The notes under the pieces were generated by a model that was given only the letters and a program-made list of their open reading frames with translations, was not told the origin of the DNA and searched no databases. 15,523 bases of DNA from a bacterium. Lineage in GTDB: Bacteria; Zhuqueibacterota; Zhuqueibacteria; Oceanimicrobiales; Oceanimicrobiaceae. Positions within the stretch are counted from its first letter, which is position 1. Each line of letters begins with the position of its first letter. The translations under genes and the position numbers were made by a program. Shown in pieces: positions 8,148 through 15,523 of this stretch. The DNA lies in NCBI GenBank assembly GCA_046757525.1, contig JBHHYI010000096.1:1-15523 (forward strand). Reading direction: 5' to 3'.

Positions 8148-8909
8148 ATGTTAACCGTTAAAGGATTGAAAATCGCAGTTGAAGGTAATGAGATTCTCAA
8201 AGGTGTTGACCTGGAAGTCAATGCTGGCGAGGTGCACGCCATCATGGGGCCCAACGGGTCAGGCAAAAGTACGTTGGCCAATGTCTTAGCCGGCCGCCAG
8301 GAATACGAAGTGCTGGCAGGCGAAGTGCTGTATCAGGGAAAGGATTTGTTGGAAATGTCTCCGGAAGATCGTGCGCGCGAAGGGCTTTTCCTGGCGTTTC
8401 AGTATCCCGTGGAAATCCCGGGCGTGAGCATGTCCAACTTCCTCAAAACCGCGTTGAATGAAGTGCGTGCGTACCGGGGACAGGAGAAGCTGGATGCCAT
8501 GGAATTCTTTGCCCTGGTTCGGGAGAAGTTGAAATTGGTGCAGATGGACGAAAAGTTCTTGAGCCGCTCGATAAACGAAGGCTTCTCCGGGGGTGAGAAG
8601 AAACGCAATGAGATTTTTCAGATGGCTGTGTTAGAGCCTAAGTTAGCCATCTTAGATGAGACCGACTCTGGTCTCGACATTGACGCCTTGAAAGTCGTGG
8701 CAAACGGCGTTAACTCTTTGAGCAACCAAGATAATGCTGTCGTGCTGGTAACCCATTATCAGCGACTGCTGAACTATATCGTGCCGGACTTTGTGCACGT
8801 TCTTATCGATGGCAGAATAGTCAAATCTGGCGGCAAGGAGTTGGCTTTGCAACTCGAGGACGAGGGATACGATTGGCTTAAGGAGCCTGAGGCCGCCGCA
8901 GTGGCTTGA
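8148..8909 (+). CDS. sufC: Fe-S cluster assembly ATPase SufC
   Basis: Walker [22 protein letters not shown], signature [11 protein letters not shown], Walker [23 protein letters not shown]. Confidence 0.98.
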   Translation: MLTVKGLKIAVEGNEILKGVDLEVNAGEVHAIMGPNGSGKSTLANVLAGRQEYEVLAGEVLYQGKDLLEMSPEDRAREGLFLAFQYPVEIPGVSMSNFLKTALNEVRAYRGQEKLDAMEFFALVREKLKLVQMDEKFLSRSINEGFSGGEKKRNEIFQMAVLEPKLAILDETDSGLDIDALKVVANGVNSLSNQDNAVVLVTHYQRLLNYIVPDFVHVLIDGRIVKSGGKELALQLEDEGYDWLKEPEAAAVA

Positions 8910-8968
8910 CCGGCAGAAAATTCAGAGAACTTCTAAAATATAAGGGAAAATCGAGGTGCAAGAATAAT

Positions 8969-10318
8969 ATGAGCAATTTGGACACCAGTCATGCTGAGGC
9001 CAGGCAGTGGTACCTTTCTAATTTCGAATGGTTCGAGAATAGCTTGAACGGCAGTGGTGACACACCGTTTCATGAAATGCGCAAAACAGCCATTGCAAGG
9101 TTCGCTGAGTTGGGATTCCCCACGCCGCGAAATGAAGAATGGAAATATACCAACGTGGCTCCGATTCTGCAACATAAATTCAAGCTTGCGGCTGGAACGG
9201 GTAACGTGAACAAAAAAGGCCTCGCGCCCTTCCTTTTTAAGGGAGTGAAAGAGAATCTCCTGGTGTTTGTGAACGGATATTTTTTGCGAGAACTCTCGGT
9301 TTTACAATCAACTTCCAGTGGCCTGGTCATCGATAATCTGAAGGACACGTTGCAAAATCGTTCAGAAGCCACTCGATACTTGGGTCGCATTGCCAAGTTT
9401 GAAAATGACTCGTTCACCGCTTTGAACACGGCCTTTGCTTCTGAAGGCGTTTTGGTGGTTGTTCCTGATGGCCAAGTAGTGGCAGACCCTATCCACATCA
9501 TCAACCTTGCTCACCCGGAGGGAGCGTCATTTGTCTCGTATCCTCGCAATCTTTTCGTTGTAGGCCAGAGTAGCCAGGTGCAAATAATCGAGAGCTTTCA
9601 CCATTTGTCAAACAACGCCTATTTCAATAATGTTGTCTCTGAGATTGTGCTTCATGATAATGCCATTGTTGATCACCTGAAGATTCAAGACGAAAGCGAA
9701 GCTGCCTACCATGTTGCCAACACTCAGGTATCCCAACAGCGCGACAGCGTGTACACCTCTGTGAATGTCGATCTGGGCGGTGCACTGGTTCGGAACAACC
9801 TCAACGTCCTGTTGGATGGCGAGAATAGCGAAACCCATTTGTTCGGTTTTTACCTGGCTGGCGGCACCCAGCACATCGACAATCACACCTTCATGGACCA
9901 CGCCAGACCCCATTGCCACAGCAACGAGCTGTTCAAAGGCATTCTGGATGGTAAAGCCAGGGCTGTGTTTAACGGCAAGATTCTCGTGCGTCCGGATGCC
10001 CAGAAAACCAACGCTTTGCAGTCCAACAAAACCCTGCTGCTCACCGACGATGCGTCCATTAACACGAAGCCGCAGTTAGAGATTTTTGCCGACGACGTCA
10101 AATGCACCCACGGTGCCACCATCGGCCAATTAGATGAAGAAGCGCTGTTTTATCTACGTGCCAGAGGCATCGGCGAGGAGCTGGCGGCGGCCATGCTGCG
10201 CTACGCTTTCGTTGGCGACGTGTTTGAACACATTAAAATTGAATCGGTCCGCAAAGCGCTCGAAAAGAAAATAATCGACCGACTACAAGTGGCCGGAGAG
10301 CTGAGATGGAGGCATTAG
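8969..10318 (+). CDS. sufD: Fe-S cluster assembly protein SufD
   Basis: EEWKYT, FTALNTAF, VFNGKI..DAQKT, KPQLEIFADDVKCTHGATIGQLD. Start placed at ATG 8969 behind GAGGTG (8953-8958). Confidence 0.96.
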   Translation: MSNLDTSHAEARQWYLSNFEWFENSLNGSGDTPFHEMRKTAIARFAELGFPTPRNEEWKYTNVAPILQHKFKLAAGTGNVNKKGLAPFLFKGVKENLLVFVNGYFLRELSVLQSTSSGLVIDNLKDTLQNRSEATRYLGRIAKFENDSFTALNTAFASEGVLVVVPDGQVVADPIHIINLAHPEGASFVSYPRNLFVVGQSSQVQIIESFHHLSNNAYFNNVVSEIVLHDNAIVDHLKIQDESEAAYHVANTQVSQQRDSVYTSVNVDLGGALVRNNLNVLLDGENSETHLFGFYLAGGTQHIDNHTFMDHARPHCHSNELFKGILDGKARAVFNGKILVRPDAQKTNALQSNKTLLLTDDASINTKPQLEIFADDVKCTHGATIGQLDEEALFYLRARGIGEELAAAMLRYAFVGDVFEHIKIESVRKALEKKIIDRLQVAGELRWRH

Positions 10319-11580
10319 CTGAGAAGCAGGCGCCACAAACGGCTAAACGCCGCACCGCTGAGGCCGTTGACGTGGAACGTATCAGAAACGAGTTTCCCAT
10401 TCTGCAGCAAGTGGTGCATGGGCATCCCCTGGTTTATCTGGACAATGCCGCAACGGCGCAAAAGCCACGAGTTGTTATTGAAGCCATCAACGACTACTAC
10501 CATGAGCTGAATGCCAACATTCACCGGGGTGTCCATTATCTCAGTGAAAGGGCCACTTTAGCGTACGAAGACGCTCGGACAAAAGTCAAGGGCCTCATCA
10601 ACGCTGAATCCGAGAAGGAAATCATCTTCGTGCGCGGCACTACCGAAGGCATAAATCTCGTTGCCACAGCTTTTGGACGTAAGAATCTCCGCGAAGGCGA
10701 TGAAATCGTGATCTCGACCATGGAGCATCATTCCAACATCGTGCCCTGGCAGATTCTGTGCGAACAAACCGGCGCAAAGCTCAAGATAATTCCCATTAAC
10801 GATCGTGGCGAAATCATCTACGAAGCGTTTGAGAGTCTTCTCAATGCCAGAACCAGGTTGGTTGCCCTCGTGCACGTTTCCAATTCTCTGGGTACGATCA
10901 ATCCGGTAAGAAAGGTCATCGAATTGGCGCACCAACAAAATGTTCCCGTGTTGCTAGACGGTGCCCAGGCGGTGCCGCACAAAAGGGTCGATGTGCAAGA
11001 ATTGGATTGTGACTTTTACGCCTTTTCCGGACACAAACTGTTCGGGCCAACCGGCATTGGTGTGCTTTACGGCAAAGAAGCGCTGTTGGAAAGCATGCCC
11101 CCTTACCAGGGCGGCGGCGATATGATTAAGTCAGTTACCTTCGAAAAGACCATTTATAATGAGCTTCCTAACAAATTTGAAGCAGGAACGCCAAACATTG
11201 CCGGTGCCATCGGTCTCGGTCGGGCGATCGAGTTTGTAATGGGGGTCGGTTTCGCCAATATTGCGGCGTATGAACAGGCCCTGCTGAAATATGCCACTGC
11301 AGAACTGTCGGAATTGGAACCGGTAAGAATCATCGGTACTGCAAGGGAAAAAGCGGCGGTTGTGTCTTTCATAATCGAGGGAATCCATCCCCACGACGTG
11401 GGCACCATTTTGGACCAGCACGGAATTGCCGTGCGAACCGGCCACCATTGCACCCAACCCATCATGCAGAGATTCAATGTGCCGGCCACTACCAGAGCTT
11501 CTTTTGCCTTTTACAATACTCAAGCAGAAATCGACCAGCTTGTTGCTGGGATTAAGAATGCCATTGAGCTTTTCAATTGA
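10306..11580 (+). CDS. sufS: Group II cysteine desulfurase SufS
   Basis: LVYLDNAATAQKP, EHHSNIVPW, FSGHKLFGPTG, IHPHDV, and catalytic motif RTGHHCTQP. Confidence 0.97.
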   Translation: MEALAEKQAPQTAKRRTAEAVDVERIRNEFPILQQVVHGHPLVYLDNAATAQKPRVVIEAINDYYHELNANIHRGVHYLSERATLAYEDARTKVKGLINAESEKEIIFVRGTTEGINLVATAFGRKNLREGDEIVISTMEHHSNIVPWQILCEQTGAKLKIIPINDRGEIIYEAFESLLNARTRLVALVHVSNSLGTINPVRKVIELAHQQNVPVLLDGAQAVPHKRVDVQELDCDFYAFSGHKLFGPTGIGVLYGKEALLESMPPYQGGGDMIKSVTFEKTIYNELPNKFEAGTPNIAGAIGLGRAIEFVMGVGFANIAAYEQALLKYATAELSELEPVRIIGTAREKAAVVSFIIEGIHPHDVGTILDQHGIAVRTGHHCTQPIMQRFNVPATTRASFAFYNTQAEIDQLVAGIKNAIELFN

Positions 11581-11583
11581 ACG

Positions 11584-12036
11584 ATGAACGACCTCAGAGA
11601 ACTGTACCAGGAAGTCATTTTAGACCACAATAAGAATCCAAAAAATTTCAGAAAACTACCACATGCTACCCATTCCTCGGAAGGCTACAATCCGCTTTGT
11701 GGCGACCGCCTTCAACTCTATTTGGAGATTGAAGATGGGGTCATAAAGGACATTGGTTTTGAAGGCTCCGGCTGTGCCATCTCCAAGGCTTCTGCCTCCA
11801 TGATGACCACGATCCTGAAGGGCAAGACGGTGGCGCAGGCCAGGGAGTTTTTCAAGAAGTTTCAAGCCCTGATTACTGGCCAAGGTGAAATCCATTTTGA
11901 TGCGTCAGCAGTCGGCAAATTGGCTGTGTTCGCGGGCGTGCGGGAGTTTCCGGTTCGGGTTAAATGTGCTTCCCTTTCCTGGCACACCATGCTTGCGGCG
12001 CTTGACAAGGACAAATCGGTGACCTCAACGGAATAA
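11584..12036 (+). CDS. sufU: SUF system sulfur-transfer protein SufU
   Basis: LYQEVILDH, NPLCGD, GCAISKAS, RVKCA. Carries the SufU-type insertion and lacks the LPPVK HscA-binding motif of IscU. Confidence 0.95.
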   Translation: MNDLRELYQEVILDHNKNPKNFRKLPHATHSSEGYNPLCGDRLQLYLEIEDGVIKDIGFEGSGCAISKASASMMTTILKGKTVAQAREFFKKFQALITGQGEIHFDASAVGKLAVFAGVREFPVRVKCASLSWHTMLAALDKDKSVTSTE

Positions 12037-12044
12037 AGAAGACC

Positions 12045-12368
12045 ATGGAAAATACCCCCGAAAGCAAAAGCATCGAGGACAAAATCGTAGAGGTCTTGAA
12101 GACGTGCTACGATCCGGAAATTCCGGTGAATATTTACGAATTGGGACTGATCTACGACATTAAAGTTGATGAACACAATAATGCCCTGGTCAAAATGACG
12201 TTGACCTCTCCTGCCTGTCCGGTAGCCGGCACCTTACCTGGTGAGGTGGAAGACAAAATCCGCGCCCTGCCCGAAACAAAAGACGTCGTCGTTGAGGTCG
12301 TTTGGGAGCCTCCCTGGAATCCGGATATGATGAGCGAGGTGGCACGCTTCGAGTTAGGTATGATGTAG
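12045..12368 (+). CDS. sufT: SufT / DUF59 (MIP18-like) Fe-S assembly protein
   Basis: YDPEIPVNIYELGLIY, MTLTSPACP, WEPPW..MSE.A motifs. Last gene of the suf operon. Confidence 0.92.
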   Translation: MENTPESKSIEDKIVEVLKTCYDPEIPVNIYELGLIYDIKVDEHNNALVKMTLTSPACPVAGTLPGEVEDKIRALPETKDVVVEVVWEPPWNPDMMSEVARFELGMM

Positions 12369-12396
12369 AACACTTTTCCCCGGATTTGAAGATTAG

Positions 12397-12440
12397 AAAG
12401 GCTCTTAGCGCGTAAGAACTCCAGGAGCCTTTTTGTTTTT
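12397..12440 (+). terminator. Probable intrinsic terminator of the Fe-S operon
   Basis: AAAGGCTCT (12397-12405) pairs with GGAGCCTTT (12424-12432) and is followed by TTGTTTTT, about 30 nt after the sufT stop. The loop is unusually long. Confidence 0.65.
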
Positions 12441-12476
12441 ACACGGAGCGCCGCAGGCGAATCCAATAGAATTTCC

Positions 12477-12505
12477 TTGAGTTTTCTGCAACAATTATTT
12501 ACATT
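12477..12505 (+). promoter_or_regulatory. Putative sigma70 promoter upstream of the enoyl-CoA hydratase leader
   Basis: TTGAGT (12477-12482), 17-bp spacer, TACATT (12500-12505). Confidence 0.5.
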
Positions 12506-12545
12506 CGTCGCGTACCATTCAATTCATTCATAACAGGAGGGAGTT

Positions 12546-12580
12546 AAGCTGACCTTCTTCAAGAAGGTTAGCTTTTGTTC
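12546..12580 (+). terminator. Terminator-like hairpin inside the intergenic region
   Basis: 12-bp stem AAGCTGACCTTC / GAAGGTTAGCTT (one G-U pair), loop TTCAA, ending in TTTTGTT. Confidence 0.55.
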
Positions 12581-12740
12581 TATGCCAGAGGAATCTGATA
12601 TTTGATCGAACGACCAGATTGAGTGAAAACCTAACCGAGATGCACCGGAGGCGATTAATCAGATTTCTCATCAGGCATTCGCCTGATTCGAAATGACAGG
12701 CAACTAATTCTCAGAAGAATCAGAATAAAAGGAGTAAGAC

Positions 12741-13529
12741 ATGGCTGAAACTTTAGTGGACTATCGGGTGGAAAATGGAATTGCCATAATGGAATTGAAC
12801 AATCCGCCTGCGAACAGCTACAACCACGAGATGATGGCCCAATTGGACGCCTGCATCTTGAAGGCTCGATTCGATGAATCCGTTCACGTGCTTCTTTTGA
12901 CGGGAAAAGGGGAGAAGTTCTTTAGCGGCGGGGCCGACATCAAAATGCTGCAAGAAAACTCTACCGCTTATCTGTACAACTTCGGATTACACGGGAATGA
13001 GACTTTGTTACGATTAGAAAACACCCCCAAGCTGGTCATCGCAGCCATAAATGGGCACGCCATGGGCGGCGGCTGCGAAATCAGTCTGGCTTGCGATCTT
13101 CGAATTGCCAAGAAAGGCAAGGGCAAGATAGGCTTGCCCGAAGTCAATTTGGGGGTCCTACCTGGCATGGGCGGCACTCAGAGACTGGCACGCGTCATCG
13201 GCAGCACCAAAGCCATGGAGTTGATGGCCATGGGGCGTGCCATTTCAGTTGAAGAGGCATTGGAGTACGGGCTTGTCAACCAGATTTTTGAAGAAGAGGG
13301 GTATTGGGACCAGGTGCTGGAATACACCAGTCAATTCGTCCCGCCTAAGAAGGCCAGCCTTTCGGTTGGATTGATCAAACGTGCCCTTAAGTCAGGTACT
13401 GAAATGTCATTGCCCGATGGTCTGGCCCTGGAGCGCGAGGTGCTGCAACGGGCGTTTGAAAGCGAAGACTCTCAGGAAGGCCTAAAGGCTTTTCTGGAAA
13501 AACGAGCCGCGAATTTTAAGGGGAAATAA
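12741..13529 (+). CDS. Enoyl-CoA hydratase/isomerase (crotonase) family protein
   Basis: FFSGGADI oxyanion motif, AAINGHAMGGGCEISLACDLR and GLPEVNLGVLPGMGGTQRL with both catalytic Glu. RBS AAGGAG upstream. Confidence 0.95.
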   Translation: MAETLVDYRVENGIAIMELNNPPANSYNHEMMAQLDACILKARFDESVHVLLLTGKGEKFFSGGADIKMLQENSTAYLYNFGLHGNETLLRLENTPKLVIAAINGHAMGGGCEISLACDLRIAKKGKGKIGLPEVNLGVLPGMGGTQRLARVIGSTKAMELMAMGRAISVEEALEYGLVNQIFEEEGYWDQVLEYTSQFVPPKKASLSVGLIKRALKSGTEMSLPDGLALEREVLQRAFESEDSQEGLKAFLEKRAANFKGK

Positions 13530-13575
13530 ACCCAATTCATTCATCTTTAATCGAGACAATTATAGGAGAACTTTA

Positions 13576-15036
13576 ATGGCAAAGATGTTTATTAACGGGG
13601 AGTGGGTGGCAGCGAAAAGTGGCTCCATTTACGAGGTCAAGAATCCTGCTAACGGTGAGGTAATCGATTCCGTACCTCGCGGAGATGCCGAGGACGCGCA
13701 AGCAGCCATAGCAGCAGCGTCTGCTTCATTCAAGGAATGGGCGGCCACTGCGCCTGACCAGCGCGCTGAATGGATGCACAAGGGCATTACAATGGTTAAG
13801 GAGCAGATCAAAGATTTGGCGGCCCTGCTCACCAAAGAACAGGGGAAGCCCCTGATGGAATCCATGGGCGAGATTACCCATTTCTTGCACGGCATGGAAT
13901 TTTATATCGGTCTGGCCAGCAAAATCCGCGGCGTCCAGGTGCCGTTGCCACCGGCGATGAACCCCAACTGCTACGGCGTCATCATGAAACAGCCGGTGGG
14001 GGTTTGCGTCGGCATCATTCCGTGGAATTTTCCGATTACTTTAATGGGAACCAAAATCGGTCCTGCCTTAATTGCCGGCAATCCTATCGTCATCAAGCCA
14101 GCCTCAACCACGCCGTTGACCACGCTCAAAATCGTTGGCATTTTGAATGAAGCCGGGTTGCCAGCGGGCGTTCTTAACTGCGTGACTGGTTCTGGTAGTA
14201 CGGTCGGCAACGCGCTGATCAGTCATCCCCGGGTGCGGCGGGTTGCTTTGACGGGAAGCTCCGAGACCGGCAAGCATGTCATGCAAGTGGCCGGGCCTGA
14301 ATTCAAACGCGTTACCCTGGAGTTGGGCGGTTCGGACCCCATGGTCGTTTGCCCGGATGCGGATGTGGCCAAGGCCGTGAACGGGGCCATGATCGGGCGT
14401 TATTGGAATGCCGGTCAGGCGTGTTTGGCCGTTAAACGACTGTATCTGTTCGAGGAAATATACGACGAATTTCTGGAAAAACTAATTGGCAAGGTGCAGC
14501 GTTACGAGCTGGGCGATGGCCTGGTCAAAGCTGAGAAGCCTCGCATTCGCATGGGACCGTTGCACAGTGCGTTTCAACGCGAGGAAGTCGAGACCCAACT
14601 GCAGGACGCCACCTCCAAAGGGGCCGAGGTCCTGATCGGGGGCCAACGACCTGAAGATGAAACTCTCAACAATGGCTTTTATTTTGAGCCAGCCGTGGTC
14701 ACCAACGTTCCCGAAGATAGCAAACTGGTCACCGAGGAAGTCTTTGGCCCGGTTCTGCCGGTGTTCAAAGTTTCGAATCTGGACGAAGCCATAGCCAAGG
14801 CCAACAACAGCAAATGGGGCCTGGGCGCTTCCATTTGGACCAACAACCTGAAAGTTGCCAATCGCGCGGCCCGGGAAATCCAATCGGGTATGTTGTGGAT
14901 AAATCAACTGCATTTTGGTTACGACGAGATGCCGTTCGGTGGCGTCAAAGCCTCTGGCATCGGCCACGAACACGGTCCGGAAGCTCTGGAATATTATTTG
15001 GAACCCAAGAGTGTTGTGTTTGGGGGTTTAGAATAA
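13576..15036 (+). CDS. NAD(P)-dependent aldehyde dehydrogenase
   Basis: IIPWNFP, IKPAS, LTGSSETG, catalytic Glu in LELGGSDP, catalytic Cys in NAGQAC, EEVFGPV, PFGGVKASG. Substrate cannot be determined from sequence. Confidence 0.96.
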   Translation: MAKMFINGEWVAAKSGSIYEVKNPANGEVIDSVPRGDAEDAQAAIAAASASFKEWAATAPDQRAEWMHKGITMVKEQIKDLAALLTKEQGKPLMESMGEITHFLHGMEFYIGLASKIRGVQVPLPPAMNPNCYGVIMKQPVGVCVGIIPWNFPITLMGTKIGPALIAGNPIVIKPASTTPLTTLKIVGILNEAGLPAGVLNCVTGSGSTVGNALISHPRVRRVALTGSSETGKHVMQVAGPEFKRVTLELGGSDPMVVCPDADVAKAVNGAMIGRYWNAGQACLAVKRLYLFEEIYDEFLEKLIGKVQRYELGDGLVKAEKPRIRMGPLHSAFQREEVETQLQDATSKGAEVLIGGQRPEDETLNNGFYFEPAVVTNVPEDSKLVTEEVFGPVLPVFKVSNLDEAIAKANNSKWGLGASIWTNNLKVANRAAREIQSGMLWINQLHFGYDEMPFGGVKASGIGHEHGPEALEYYLEPKSVVFGGLE

Positions 15037-15075
15037 GGTAGCGGACGTGTGTTTCGCGGTTCTGCCTGTCTTTGA

Positions 15076-15115
15076 CGAAACGCTCGGTTGTACGTAACGC
15101 AATCGTCGCGATTGC
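15076..15115 (+). repeat. REP-like repeat A, copy 1
   Basis: CGAAACGCT-N7-ACGTAACGCAATCGTCGCGATTGC with internal hairpin GCAATCG/CGATTGC. Matches 15311-15350 at 35 of 40 positions (hand count). Confidence 0.75.
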
Positions 15116-15184
15116 GAGGGCATCTCTCTAAGGGAATGCTCCTCCGGAGTAGAATGACAGTTGTTTTTCTTTGAGCACAAAGGT

Positions 15185-15293
15185 AGTCGTCCTGAGTAGT
15201 CCCGACCGCTTTTTGGTCGGGACGTATCGAAGGGCGACGCCCGTCACCCCTCGATACGGTCACTTGAGAAGCAGCGACCTACTCGGGATGACT
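15185..15293. repeat. Inverted pair of REP-like units (family B)
   Basis: Two copies of AGTCRTCCYGAGTAG-[hairpin]-CGTATCGARGGG in opposite orientation, at 15185-15234 (+) and 15247-15293 (-). Confidence 0.8.
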
Positions 15294-15310
15294 CACAACT
15301 TGCTCTTTTG

Positions 15311-15350
15311 CGAAACGCTTTGTAGAACGTAACGCAATCGTCTCGATTGC
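15311..15350 (+). repeat. REP-like repeat A, copy 2
   Basis: CGAAACGCT-N7-ACGTAACGCAATCGTCTCGATTGC, a direct repeat of 15076-15115. Confidence 0.75.
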
Positions 15351-15372
15351 ACAGGCGTTTCCGACATTTAAA

Positions 15373-15396
15373 GCAATCCGGCAGTTGCCGGATTGC
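15373..15396. repeat. Perfect 10-bp hairpin sharing arms with repeat A
   Basis: GCAATCCGGC-AGTT-GCCGGATTGC has the same GCAATC...GATTGC outer arms as repeat A. Confidence 0.65.
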
Positions 15397-15417
15397 AAGA
15401 GCTCTTAAGGAACAGGA

Positions 15418-15523
15418 ATGGATCCAGTCACAAAGGACATCATCGACGCGGTAGCCAAGATTGCGGGGGTTGCAAGCGTCATCGTCGCGATCTTTGTTGC
15501 CGCCCACCAGGTCAGGAAGTACC
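15418..15523 (+). CDS. Start of a hypothetical membrane-anchored protein (runs off the window)
   Basis: ATG 15418 follows the purine-rich AAGGAACAGGA. The frame is open to the window end: MDPVTKDIIDAVAKIAGVASVIVAIFVAAHQVRKY, a hydrophobic helix followed by basic residues. Not listed in the supplied ORF track. Confidence 0.55.
   Translation, partial: MDPVTKDIIDAVAKIAGVASVIVAIFVAAHQVRKY

Noticed and set aside
11584..12036. Calling this gene iscU to complete an ISC system
   Set aside because: It lacks LPPVK, has the SufU insertion and directly follows sufS.
15192..15231. Hammerhead ribozyme (CTGAGTA-GTCCC...GGGAC-GTATC resembles CUGAUGA-stem II-GAAAC)
   Set aside because: The core reads CUGAGUA and GUAU instead of CUGANGA and GAAA, so essential catalytic nucleotides are missing.
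15076..15350. CRISPR array
   Set aside because: Only two imperfect repeats, separated by 195 bp of structured sequence, and no cas genes in the window.
14994..15507. Minus-strand ORFs 14994-15263 and 15244-15507 sharing the peptide NRDDCVT
   Set aside because: The shared peptide is just the translation of DNA repeat A. There is no other coding evidence, and the second ORF is antisense to the more plausible ORF at 15418.

Overview
Bacterial chromosomal window in which every credible gene is on the + strand. It has five parts. (1) The 3' end of RNase Y (rny). (2) A cytochrome c maturation pair, ccmE (variant CxxxY type) and ccmF, followed by a secreted thioredoxin-plus-TPR protein. (3) A tightly packed hybrid Fe-S biogenesis operon of about 8.2 kb: Rrf2 regulator, IscS-type desulfurase, IscA/SufA carrier, PerR-like Fur regulator, then sufB, sufC, sufD, sufS, sufU and sufT. 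It has a near-consensus sigma70 promoter, an IscR-like operator and a likely terminator. (4) A structured 370-bp intergenic region, then an enoyl-CoA hydratase and an aldehyde dehydrogenase. (5) A mosaic of REP-like palindromic repeats and the start of a probable membrane protein. Most genes are housekeeping. The strongest leads are the Trx-TPR protein as a possible CcmG+CcmI substitute, the two-regulator, two-desulfurase Fe-S operon, and an inverted repeat pair whose internal hairpins are conserved in structure but not sequence. No database searches were run; family calls come from motif recognition.
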